The notes under the pieces: model-generated
Seen by the model: the letters and a program-made list of their open reading frames with translations, nothing else
What the model was told of the DNA's origin: nothing
The model's database searches: none
Source of the DNA: Octopus bimaculoides
Lineage: Eukaryota
DNA length: 64,000 bases
Assembly (NCBI RefSeq): GCF_001194135.2
Contig: NC_068987.1
Span: forward strand, 12,704,741-12,768,740
Direction: 5' to 3'
Made by a program: the position numbers and the translations under genes
Part shown: positions 12,723 to 25,922 of the stretch, one piece after another
How positions within the stretch are numbered: the stretch's first letter is position 1
Layout of the letters: each line of letters begins with the position of its first letter

Positions 12723-15700
12723 GTTGGAACTAGTTATCTTTATACGGATTTCTTTGGGGTTCGTTATTGGTATCAGCTTCCTTATTTTATTAGAAAGTCT
12801 CTTCAATTTATGATTTGTTTAACATTTTTTATCTGCTTTCCAAATATTCTGAAAGTGAATTATTTGGCCAGCGGTGCACACATTTTTCTCATTTATTTGT
12901 TAATTTTTCTTTTCCTTGAGATAAGACCAGATTCATGGACTGAATTGAATTTAGTATTTTAGTCATACGTATGTTATCGACGAAAAAGAGATAACAGTTG
13001 AAGTTAGCGAGATTTTAAAAACAAAATTTAGCAGGATAAAACTTAGTACGTCACTTTGATTTACGCCAACCAGATACCTTTATTTTTACCTTTACAATAC
13101 CATTAGCATTAAAGTCTATTGTGTTGATAGATTTGAAGAGTGCCACGTTTACTGCTTAGAATATTTAGTTCTGTTCCTCGAAATTGAATTTACATCTCAC
13201 AGGGTAGATGTTATCTTTCATTTCTCAGAGGTTGATAAAATAATTAAAGGTAATATAATGAATTCAAATTAATGGACTTAATTACTTTCATGCACAAATT
13301 GGCCTTGTGCCAGAGTAAAATATCTTTAATGATGTTAATTGTCCTATCATATTATACATTTTACAGAGATGACAGGATGAACTCATAGCATCTGAAAATG
13401 ATTTACGACAGAAGGCGACAAAAATGGATGATAAATTGTTGATTAGCCCCAGGTCATCTCTGATTAAAAAAAAGCATATGATCAAAGAGGAACCATCATT
13501 GACCAATCTGACTTTTGTGTATAACTAAGATTACATGACTGTAACACGTCCATCCATTTTAAGACGTTAGAATTGAAAAAAATTGGTTGCTATTTCTAAT
13601 CGGTTGAGCGACCAGTTAACAATATTCTTATTGGTGTTAAGGATGGTTTAATGTATGGATTTTTCATAAGCTTGAAATAATCAGTAAGTTTCCAGAATAA
13701 AATATTCCAGCCTATTTTGATATCAGATCCATACTGCATGCTGTGAGAATGCTGACAGGTGGGAAGGGGAATTCAGGAAGTGGTGGCGGGTAGATAAAAT
13801 CTAAAGGTTTGAAATTGGGAAGGCGATCTCGGCAATACAATCTTAAAACGGTGCAATTACAGCTAGATTGTTTTTAAATACATTCGAATATTGTGTGTAT
13901 GAACGAATTTTGTTGTAACTTCTTCCTGGACCCGTATAAAATCTGTACGTTTTGTAATGTTATGGGAGAAAATATTGAAGAAAAAAGTGGAAGAAAATAG
14001 ATTATGTGAAAATGATATTCAATTCGCTCTCTTCTAAATATTATATCTTTAAGCAAGGTTTACAAATATTTCATAGATAAACTAACCGTAGTTTAAGTGA
14101 TATGAAAGTGTTTAATGGCATATATATATCATTTGATATAACCACTCACATATTTATGTTTGTATACAGGTGTATATAAATACATTTAGATACAGGGATA
14201 CATCCATCCATTTGCCTAATTTCTATCTTTTCTTTTTTTTTTACAGCTGGAGGATTAAAATTTTGCAATAAAATCATTTGGAATGAGAATGAAGGAATTG
14301 AAACGATAACGCCATTCACTTGTTGCAAATTTATTTACTTTTATGCCCATTTCTTTGCTCTAGCAATATTTCTAGCTAATTTTTCGTCTGTGGCAAATTT
14401 CCAGACTATCTAGTTTCGTATTTGCTTCATTCCATTTTGTAAATGCTTTTCCCTTTTTTTTTTTTTTTCTAACTGAGCGGGTACATAAGATTATTGTAAC
14501 TTTTTAAAACATGATAGCCGATAAATAGTTTCTTCATCTGGTATCATGTCACGGTGGAACTTGAAAGGATAAGCAATGTGCTTAATCTTAGCATCCTATC
14601 CATTTTTTGATGGGGGATGGGCGTCTTCTAGCAGAGGTAAACATTTATCAATTTTTAAAACATCTCTGTTTTTGAGGAAAAGACATACACAGATATTTAT
14701 ATTAATTTCATTTGATTATAATATTATATTTATTTAGCGTTTAGTATTATAAGAAATATTACACAGGAATGGGAGTAAACAAATCCGTCATAATAATTTA
14801 TCGAGCGAAAACGTCTATTTTCATTTGCTATTATAAAAATTATAAAGGTAAATAAGAAAATTCTATCTAGTGTTTCAAAATAAGCAACCCAGCTGCACAC
14901 TGTACCTATCAGATTTCCCTTATAAAGGTAGCGAATCTACATGCGCGGAGTACTAATCAGACATCATAGTTACAAGCAGACTGAAAGTGGCTGTGTGTGT
15001 GAGTGGGTGGGGTATGTATATGCGTGTATGTGTATGTATATTTGTGTATGTGTGTATGCCTGTGTGGGTGAAATACCGATTACATCATTACCACAAACTT
15101 TTTTTTTCATTGTTTAGGTAAATCTATAATTTTATTTAATACTTTACTTTTAGTCTGTCACCAGCAAAGATTTTGCAAGACTAATATTCTTGTTAGAAAG
15201 TATCTTAAAGGATTAAATAATTTACCTATACAGATTTAATGTGTGTGCGCGCGTGAATGTATGTAAATGTACATGTATGTATGTATATGTACATGTATGT
15301 AGGTATATGAACATGCATGTATGTATGTGCATGCGATTGTGTGTGTATATATATATGTATTTAAGTAGGTACGTTGCTTGGTATTGGAACCAGAAATGTC
15401 GAGAAGTTTAAAAACTTTAATATAGATTTAATTTTTTAAAAAATGGGAGATGGACGAACTTTTTTTGTAGAGGAATGTTGTTAGTTTACCAAATAAAACG
15501 TTGTGGATGGCTGGGAGTAAACTGACAATGTGTCGAAACTAAAAACAAAAACAAAAAAAAAGGCATTTGCTATGATAACACAGATTCTAAATAAACTTTT
15601 CGAGAAACTCTGCAGTATTTTGTTTGCTTTTGAATTAAATATGAGAAATGTTAAATTTCAACTTCGTTGTAAAACTAAAATATCAAATTCTCAGGTAAGA

Positions 15701-15744
15701 TGTAATGCTAAAGTTTTTCGAATAAATAATTAAAGAATTCTTAA

Positions 15745-15970
15745 TAATAATGATAATCCTTTCTACTGAAGGCACAAGGCCTGAAATTTTGGGGCAAGGG
15801 ACTAGTCGATTACATCGACCCCAGTGTGTAACTGGTACTTATTTAATTGACACCGAAAGGTTGAAAGGCAAAATTGATCTCGGCGGAATTTGAACTCAGA
15901 ACGTAATGACGGACGAAATGCCGCTAAGCAATTTGCTCGGCGTGCTAACGATTCTGCCAGCTCACCGCCA
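15745..15970 (-). mobile_element. SINE family B, full length
   Basis: Head GGCGGTGAGCTGGCAGAATCGTTAGC, B box, Meta-like core and (ATT)n tail. Confidence 0.9.
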
Positions 15971-16009
15971 TAATATTAATAATAATAATAATGATAATAA
16001 TAATAATAA

Positions 16010-16230
16010 CAATGATAATCTTTTCTACTGGAGGCAAAAGGCCTCAAATTTGTAGGGTGGGGACTCGTCAATTATATCGACCGCTGTGTTTCACTAGTAC
16101 TTAATTTATCGACCCCGAAAGGATGAAAGGCAATGTCGACCTCGGCGGAATTTGAACTCAGAACGTAATGGCAGACGAAATGCCGCTAAGCATTTTGTCC
16201 GGCATGCTAACGATTCTGCCAGCTCGCCGT
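16010..16230 (-). mobile_element. SINE family B, full length, in tandem with the previous copy
   Basis: Same structure; separated from the previous copy by (AAT)n. Confidence 0.9.
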
Positions 16231-16564
16231 CTTATTGTAGGTGGATGAAAGTGGCGTGAATGGTGCGAGTGAACCGGTCTGCCTTGAGCATACGCCTGTA
16301 GTTGGAAAAATGGATAGGAAAAAAAAGCATCTGCCCCAAAAGTCAGAGTACCCATGGTTTTTTATGGGGTTTTTCTATGAGCAGCCCTTAAACATCTCTT
16401 CCCTATTGAAGATTACATACTGTTGATTTCTTTCTTTTTTTTATAAACTTTGTTAGTCTGGTTTACACGCAAAAACAATACACGCTCACGCACATACATA
16501 CACATTCTTCATTTAGCGCTGTGCTGTCCATAATGTTTTTCTTAATGTAAACTTTGTGGTGATA

Positions 16565-16569
16565 TAATG

Positions 16570-16642
<73 letters not shown>

Positions 16643-16665
16643 TAATAATATTAATAATAATAATA
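16565..16665. repeat. (AAT)n microsatellite
   Basis: Directly visible. Confidence 0.95.
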
Positions 16666-17370
16666 GAAAAAGAACGGTTCTTATAAAAGGAAATATTCCA
16701 AATAACATTTTTCTTTCCTGCTAAACTGATCGAAGTTGAATTAATCGTAATTAAAAGTAAAACATCTTAATTTAAGACGATGAATTGTGTTTAGCGGTGT
16801 TACAAAGCTTAGTTTATTGATAATGTAGTTAAAGTATATTCGATTTCCTATTTAAAATGTATGACTAAGTTTTAATTAACACGTTTTCAACATATTAAAT
16901 TCAAACAATTTTTTCGCAAACATCTACATCAACGTATTTGTTAACGTAAGAAGTTTGAGAGAAAACATCAGCTTTAATCTTGCTGATTACAGGTAAGCAA
17001 ATATTTAAAACGTGGGAAGGATGAAACGGAAGAAGAAAAAATGTAAATTAAATTGTTAGAATAACGATTCAATTATTTTAAAGGATAGAAATTTCAAAGA
17101 AAATGTGCTTAAAAATCTTTTATAAAAATAAAACTTCATTATAAGTTTTAATTATTCATGGCATGTATCGGATTTAATTTCCCAATAAAGGGGATAAGAA
17201 AATAAGGAAATAGAAAAAGAGCCGGATGGGTAATTGTGTATGTGCGTATATNNNNNNNNNNNNNNNNNNNNNNNNNNNNNNNNNNNNNNNNNNNNNNNNN
17301 NNNNNNNNNNNNNNNNNNNNNNNNNNNNNNNNNNNNNNNNNNNNNNNNNNNNNNNNNNNNNNNNNNNNNN

Positions 17371-17401
<31 letters not shown>

Positions 17402-18276
17402 CACACATACACACACTATTATACATATATACATACATACACATCTATGTATGTATGTATATATATATATATGTATATATATAAGTGAATAAAGAACAAC
17501 AAACCAATGCTAAAGCTGTTGGTAAAAGTTTAGTGAAAGTAATAAAAAATATAGATCTTTTAAATTTGAAAAGGTTTTAAGGAAAGGATAGGTAAAATCA
17601 GGGTAACTGAATATAAATCCTACCAACCTCAGATTTGTAAAAAATTTCGAAGTGCAAACCAGAGTCCAAAGAACTAGAGAGTTCTGTTTTTGAGAGAGAC
17701 TAAGTGTAGTGTGAGAGAGGTAATCACCGCGTAGCTCTTGTGAGAGAAGTCGAACTGGTGTACAGTGTCGTTACAGAGAGCTTTAAGCTGGTTTATTGCG
17801 TATAGAATTGTTAATCATGGTAGTTTGTTGTGCTGATGATGCTGGTAATAGTTGGAGTCAGAGATAAGTTGGAGTAGCAGAGGCTCTGCGGCTAAGTATT
17901 ACCTTTCGTCAGGATAATTTCTCTCTCACCCACCCGCTCTCTCTCTCTGTTTAGTTTCCCCTCTCTCTCTCTGTTTCTCTATCTTTCTTCGTTTCTCTTC
18001 CCCTCTCCCTCTATCTCACTGTTCTTTTTCCCTTCCCACTCTTTCTTTCTCTTCAACTCTGTAAGTCGGCTGCTGCTGTACCTAAAATTAAAGTCAGCTA
18101 ACTTTACTTAAGGCGCTGATTTTGTTTCTTCGTTAAGATACGAGAACGAACATTTCCGTTGCAACACCGTGGTAGAGTTTAGTTATCACCGTTATTTGGT
18201 AAAAGTAACACAGAGGAAAAAAAAAAACATATACAAAAAGAAAAGGTGATATATCTACACGCCAAAAAAAAAATGC

Positions 18277-18336
<60 letters not shown>

Positions 18337-18951
18337 CCTAAAATGATAAGAATGGTGGATTTGAAGATAACACACCGAAGAGAATATCTATGCTGAAGAC
18401 CTCAATAATGATAAAAGAAAACAAACCATGAAAATGGAACCTCTATTTAGGAAGTACCTTTACGTTTAACGTATTCTTCATCCGTTCCTCTCTTACACCT
18501 AAATACAAACACACGCACGCACACATCAGCGCAGACGAACTGTCAAAAGTATATATTCACTGTTATCTCGCATTTATAGTTCCTTTTAATTTCAATTTCC
18601 TTTATTTTAAGATTACCAATCGTAATATATATATATATATAAATTCAATAATAGGATGAATTCTTTTACAAGAATTTATCAAGTAGCTATATATTGTATA
18701 ATTTAGGGATTTTGAGTTATAGAAATGATTTTCTCATAGTATATCATCGTTAAATTAGTACCATTAGCGAGCGGCGTTTTTTTTTTTTTTTTTTTTTTTT
18801 TTTTCTTAAGCCGGTGTTGTTTTCACGTGAATTTCGTTCTTGTAAAGTTATTATGAGATTTCAGAAACGACAAAATCGTAACCTACAAAGTTATAGAAGG
18901 TAAACATAAGACCGCGCGCGCGAGTTTTGTTTATGTGTGCGTGTGCGTGTA

Positions 18952-18982
<31 letters not shown>

Positions 18983-19690
18983 GCTACATATTCATTCTCT
19001 ATTTCTATATTTACATTCACACATCGTATTCATACAGATACGCACACACAGACAAGCGGCGTGCATGTACATATATGTGCGCTGCATGTAAACATATATG
19101 CATATTTTTTTTTTAATCTTTTAAGTCAAGAAGTAAAGCAGTGCTTGTAACTCATTAAAGGTTTACAGGAACTCAGAGTCTGGTAGAAGCGAAGTAGGAG
19201 GGTGGGGTATCCTAAATCGGTACCGAGTTCAAATGCTTGCAACAGAACGGACACCCCTAAAGGAACCTAAAGGAACGGACACCCCCTAAAGGAACCTGAA
19301 GTGAGAATGTTAATTCGATTTATGTAGTTAGTTTACTATGAAAATAGGCCCAGGTGGGAATTCCACTCAGAATTTAAAGACCCGGAAGAAATACTGCAGG
19401 GTACCCAGTCCGGCATTCTGACAGTTCCGCACATTCGAAGTCTTGGATTGGAATTTTTTTTAAGCCGACCGCAGAGAAATTTTAACTCAGATGGGGAGTG
19501 GAAATATATGCTGCAAAATTTATTATACGCACGTATACACACGCATATACATATTTATGGATTTCTATATGGTTATACGTACATATATAGATATATATTC
19601 ATGTACACATACATACATACATACATGCATACATACATACATACACACATACTTATATACATATATACATACATATATACGTACATACAT

Positions 19691-19729
<39 letters not shown>

Positions 19730-20199
19730 NNNNNNNNNNNNNNNNNNNNNNNNNNNNNNNNNNNNNNNNNNNNNNNNNNNNNNNNNNNNNNNNNNNNNNN
19801 NNNNNNNNNNNNNNNNNNNNNNNNNNNNNNNNNNNNNNNNNNNNNNNNNNNNNNNNNNNNNNNNNNNNNNNNNNNNNNNNNNNNNNNNNNNNNNNNNNNN
19901 NNNNNNNNNNNNNNNNNNNNNNNNNNNNNNNNNNNNNNNNNNNNNNNNNNNNNNNNNNNNNNNNNNNNNNNNNNNNNNNNNNNNNNNNNNNNNNNNNNNN
20001 NNNNNNNNNNNNNNNNNNNNNNNNNNNNNNNNNNNNNNNNNNNNNNNNNNNNNNNNNNNNNNNNNNNNNNNNNNNNNNNNNNNNNNNNNNNNNNNNNNNN
20101 NNNNNNNNNNNNNNNNNNNNNNNNNNNNNNNNNNNNNNNNNNNNNNNNNNNNNNNNNNNNNNNNNNNNNNNNNNNNNNTATATATATATATATTGTTTT

Positions 20200-20573
20200 A
20201 TTCCTTTAGTTGCATCAGTCATTTGACTGCGGCCATGGTGGAGCACCGCCTTTGGTCGAACAAATTGACCCCAGGACTTGTTCTTTAGAACCCTAGTAAT
20301 TATTCTATCGGGACCTTTTGCCGAACCGCTAATTTACGGCGACGTAGACACACCAACACCGGTTGTCAAGCAATGGTGTGGGAGACAAACACACACACAC
20401 ACAAACAGATACGACGAGCTTCTTTCAGTTTTACCCACAAGGCTTTGGTCGGCCCGAAGCTACAGTGGAAGGCACTTGCCCAATATGCCACACAGTGGGA
20501 CTGAAGCCGCAATCATATGATTGTTAAGCAAGCTACTTACCACACAGCCTATAAGCACAGCCACTCCTGCACC
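20200..20573 (-). mobile_element. CORE-like SINE (family C), near full length
   Basis: tRNA head, CORE-like GGCATATTGGGCAAGTGCC, internal (CA)n, 3' end GGCGGTGCTCCACCATGGCCGCAGTCAAATGACTGA. Confidence 0.85.
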
Positions 20574-21029
20574 CTTCACAGCCAATCCTGTGCCTTTACA
20601 TACCTGTATACATACATGTATGCTTGCATGTAAAACTGCATACTTATATGCAAACATACATACATATACATATAAATATGCATGCATACATACATACATA
20701 CATACATACACACATACACACATACACACATACATACATACATACACACATACATACATACATACATACATACACACACACATACATACACATACATACA
20801 TTCCATAAAGTAACGTGGTCATTCTTTTACATAGTTGGACTCGTTCGAAGCTGAATATTTGCTACGGCATTACTCCGTGTTTATCCATTATGCTCCATTA
20901 TTCAGTATAAACAATACACGTTTCCTGTTTATTATAGGATATTTCTTGTCATACGTTCATCGAAAGTCTGCAAAAAATAACTGACCAGAGCCACCCTGAC
21001 CCCTCACTTATAAATCTAATACTTGTTTT

Positions 21030-21155
21030 CTTCTACTCTAGGCGCAAGGCCCGAAATTTGGGGGGAAGGGGCCAGTCGATTACATCGACTCCAGTACGCA
21101 ACTGGTACTTAATTTACCGACCCCGAAAGGATGAAAGGCAAAGTCGACCTCGGCG
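21030..21155 (-). mobile_element. SINE family B, 5'-truncated
   Basis: Meta-like core and 3' tail only. Confidence 0.85.
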
Positions 21156-21309
21156 CATAAATCTAATTACTTAATTACTTGTTCTCGAAAGCAAGAACTA
21201 AGATGATGAGAATGAAATTTTGCAGATCTAAAACTTGCCGATCCTAGAATAATTTGAAAATTATTCCAGCAAATACTTAGACACACAAATATATTTATAA
21301 CAGATATAT

Positions 21310-21622
21310 ATATATATATATATATAAACAAATAGTAAATGAGTATATGCATATATACGTACAGGTATGTGCATACCGACATCCACCTGTATGTATAGGT
21401 GCATATCTGGGTACAGGACATTGCAAACAAACGTAGACGAGAAAACACACAAGCCACATAGAGAACATTCTACTTCATCAGCTACCCACGTTTTAACACC
21501 GGCGTTTCGACGAGCTTGGGCAGGACGCATCGTTAAAACGGCTCATCCCATGGACCGCAGATTAAATTTCTATACGCAAATTAAATCTAGCCATGGAGGA
21601 ATGTAGTGGCGGACAAAAAACA
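21310..21622 (-). mobile_element. non-autonomous microsatellite-tailed repeat (family E) carrying a hammerhead-like core
   Basis: Aligns by eye, inverted, with 25923-26200 over about 280 bp. Shares the GTCCTGTACCCA...ATGCA 3' module with 35770 and 53511. Confidence 0.8.
21470..21528 (-). ncRNA. putative non-circularly permuted hammerhead ribozyme
   Basis: Minus strand reads GCGUC^CUGCCCA-agcucguc-GAAACGC-cggugUUAAAAcg-UGGGUAG-CUGAUGA-AG. Stem III 4 bp, stem I 7 bp, stem II only 1 bp. Confidence 0.55.
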
Positions 21623-21790
21623 NNNNNNNNNNNNNNNNNNNNNNNNNNNNNNNNNNNNNNNNNNNNNNNNNNNNNNNNNNNNNNNNNNNNNNNNNNNNNN
21701 NNNNNNNNNNNNNNNNNNNNNNNNNNNNNNNNNNNNNNNNNNNNNNNNNNNNNNNNNNNNNNNNNNNNNNNNNNNNNNNNNNGAAGAAAA

Positions 21791-21827
<37 letters not shown>

Positions 21828-21863
21828 GTATGTATGTATGTATGTATGTATATTTACAGAGAT

Positions 21864-21925
<62 letters not shown>

Positions 21926-22376
21926 TACAAGATACACGTACATACATACATACATACGCACACAAATACATATATAACTTCATTAACATTTCCGTTCATA
22001 TGCATGAATACCCAATTATCTAGACAATTGCTTACTCTGTTGTACACTTTCGTATTCTTGCAGACATAGATAGGAAAGAATATAATGGAACATATATATT
22101 TTGGCTATGTATATAATATTTTTCTGACAGCTCATTGTCAGACGTTTTTATATTCATATCTGCATAAAGAAGTGGCGAAACTGTTTTGGAGATGGTTAAT
22201 GCATTACAAACAGAAGAAATAAAAAAGGTATAACAAAAATTTTAAAAGAAATAAAATAAAACAAAAAATAATCTGCTGAGAAGGCGGTGAGTCGTTAGAA
22301 AGTTTTGGACGAACAGAGAAACGATGGTTGATTGATTGTACGCCTGTGTAGCTGACTCTCCTCTTTCTACTTTTCT

Positions 22377-22417
<41 letters not shown>

Positions 22418-22424
22418 CATTCTA

Positions 22425-22612
22425 GTTTGTTTCAGTTCTTAGACTGCGGCTATGTTGGGACAACGCCTTGAAGGATGTAGTTCAACAAATTGACCTTAGC
22501 GCATATTCTCTATAAGATTGTACTTACTTTGTCGGTGCCATTTGCTGACCTGTTAGCCTACGGGGACGTAAACAAACCAACAAATTTATTTATGTATATA
22601 CGAGGGGGGGGG
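22425..22612 (-). mobile_element. CORE-like SINE (family C), 3' half
   Basis: Homologous to 62560-62710. Confidence 0.75.
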
Positions 22613-22837
22613 GNNNNNNNNNNNNNNNNNNNNNNNNNNNNNNNNNNNNNNNNNNNNNNNNNNNNNNNNNNNNNNNNNNNNNNNNNNNNNNNNNNNNNNN
22701 NNNNNNNNNNNNNNNNNNNNNNNNNNNNNNNNNNNNNNNNNNNNNNNNNNNNNNNNNNNNNNNNNNNNNNNNNNNNNNNNNNNNNNNNNNNNNNNNNNNN
22801 NNNNNNNNNNNNNNNNNNNNNNNNNNNNNNNNNNNNN

Positions 22838-22905
<68 letters not shown>

Positions 22906-25625
22906 AGATAGAATGATATATATATATATATCATATATGTAAGCATATATATACATCCATACAGAGAAGGTGACGAGGGAAAGAGAGAGTAACAAAGGAG
23001 AGAGTAAAACAGTTATAAGAAATAATAGTGACAACAAGGATATTAATTAATATTAAATAACCACGGCGACGACGATGATGAGGATGATGATGATGATGAT
23101 GGTGATCATCAGCATCATCATGATCATGATGATCACGATTATCACGGATCATGTTTAATTTTTTTCTTTTTTTTTTCCTCTTCGGCACGAGGCCAAGTTT
23201 GGTAGGAATGAAGCATAGTCGATTTTTACCGAACACCGAAGGATAAAAGGGAAGAAAAACGAGAAGAAAGAAAACATGGTCGGGGTGCGGTGAAATAGAG
23301 AAGGCTCTTAGTAAGCGGAGAAAGCTTTAAGGTAGTAAAACATTTATTAGGTGCGGAAGCAATATGAGAGACATCAGCAATTACAACAATTAAAAGAAGC
23401 CAAAAGGAACGAAACATGATTGGAAGATACTATAAACAAAGAAACCAAGAATCTCTAAACAAGTTCGACTCTATGAGGACTAGAATTTCAGTGAAGGACA
23501 ACGTAGAACCACGAGAATTTAATATACAAAAGCTTCACATTAATAAGCATATCAAACATACATATCCATCATCAGTTGCTTAACGGATATCATTATTATT
23601 TCGACACCTGGCAGTACCGTTCAATCCAGTGGTGTCAGCAGAGTTAAAAAAATATAAACGATATCCTAGGAATTAATAGACAAGAAGCTATAGCGAATCG
23701 TTCTAAGTATTCTATGATGTATGATTTTTTTATTCTAGTTATTGCTATTTAGTGATATATAAAAAGCTTGAAATAGGTCATGGACATTGTCCATAAACGT
23801 TTCCAGGATCTCCGATACAGTTGGGAGAAACAGTGGGAAAAGCCCAAGCGTTCAGTCTTAGCGGCGTTGCAGCACAGTAGTTCAGGCTTAGAACAAATCC
23901 CACAACACCTGGAGATAACCTCCTACCCTTAATAACTAGACAGTATTTATCCAACACTGCAAGACCTACATTTATCCTCGTTTGTCACAAGTGCTTGGTT
24001 CCAAAATCACCGTGGTAAATGAATCAGTGATAAATGAATAATAGAAGATATGGGGGGAAATAATTTACGTTTCGAAACCCCAAGTTGTCCTGAGATTGTG
24101 GATGGTCGCTGGGCTGCGCTTCTGCAATCCAAGCAGAATTTTTGACTGACTGTCGACCCGTTTTATAACAGATCAATTTTTGATAAGCGTAACACATAAA
24201 AGTTAAGTGTACCGTGTTATCCTGGATCAGTGTTGAATGACTCAGTGATAAAATAGATGTATAGAATGCTTAGAACCGCGAAAAATGTCTCCTCACATTA
24301 TATAACCATCTAGCTCATGCGCCTGCCAAGCTACTGACGATCATTTACCTTTCTTACGAAGGGGGTCCAACACTAATTACTAAAACAGTTTTTGCCTTCC
24401 TCCCCAGAACGTTAAACCTACGAAATTCCAATCCCACCTATGTTTTTCTCGCAGTCATTGACTTACAAATTTTCAAGCTAAGCATCAATTTTTCCAGTGT
24501 CACAGAGTATGCACGTGCCATAACTACAAAGAAGACAAAAGCATCTGAAATTAACTCTATGTCCTCTGAAATAGGAATAGGAATAGCAAAAGAACCGATA
24601 TTTCTACGATTAGAACTAAAGGTATAAGAACAACAGAGAGTGGAATAGAGATTGTTGAAAAGCAGAAAACAGCTTTAAAACTCTAAACAAAATGCATGTT
24701 GCTCTTATTTTCCTTATTGTTAGTATCTGCTATTTCTCTTTGTTTCAGCATCTCATTACACCTTGACTGTTTGTTGTTTAGAAGTAATACATCAGACTGG
24801 CTTATTTACTGCTGCTGTCTCTAACATCCTCAATCATACCTCAGAAGAAATTTCCATTTCCTTCCTTCCTTACATATCTATGCTATGTCTACATCAGCAG
24901 CAATTTTATACTCAGTCGTTTTTCTTATTTTGGACTTACACCAAACAGCTCATCATGAAGTACTTACTCACACGCATACTGAAATAACCTACAAGAAACA
25001 CTATTTATATTTTTGTCAGGAACAGAAGACAGTTGATATGTGATATGCTACATTCAAATTGATGTATCATGAGTATCGAATTAATTAGCTTTATGATACC
25101 AAAAATATAACCATAATATAATCAAGCAAACTTGAGAGAAATTCTTATATAAAATTATGCCAAACTGTTATTATTAATGACTGAATATATGTAGAATTGC
25201 ATATTATGCTCCCACTGGTTTATGCATTAATAAGATTCATTTAATATTCTGTCTGGCAGAAAATTACATTAAGCATATTTAGTATATAAATAAAACGATT
25301 TGCTTAACAAACAAATGGGTTTAACCTAGGTAGTCGCTTGGAATTTATGACTTTTAAACTACTTATATGAGAAAGATGTTTGTCTTATAAGTAGATTTTA
25401 TGCAGCAAAAGCAAATTGATCTATTGAACATACTGCTAATGTTGATGTGAACGAGTACAGTCAGACGTCACTCGTGGGCGAGTATAGCTTGGTAATATGC
25501 GCCATGCTTTCGCTAGATGTTTTAGGTACCTTTGTATTCACAATCGTAATTAAAATCTCTCTTGGAACTCTCACTCGTGACCCAGGGAGACACCGAGGAT
25601 ATGACAGGTGGAGGGATAGGTGGAT

Positions 25626-25703
25626 GTACTCGGCTGGTATCCGTTGTTGTTGAGTAACCTGGAGTAACGTGAAATGAATTAGTTCTTGCCCAAAGAGGCA
25701 CCC
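25626..25703 (-). mobile_element. V-like SINE (family D) 5' fragment
   Basis: GGAGTAACGTGAAATGAATTAGTTCTTGCCCAA is the reverse complement of the head seen at 8035-8075. Confidence 0.5.
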
Positions 25704-25922
25704 TTAATAATGATTTGTATACCTGCCTGTCGTTCTAGGCATGGAAATAGTTTCCATCATCCTGATTTCATTTGCATGGTATGGATCGACCGAAAGTTAT
25801 AAGAAATGACATTTGCTAGAGAAGCTTATCGTATATACATATGCATACATACATACATACATACATACATACATACACACACACATATATATACATATAT
25901 ATATATATATATNNNNNNNNNN

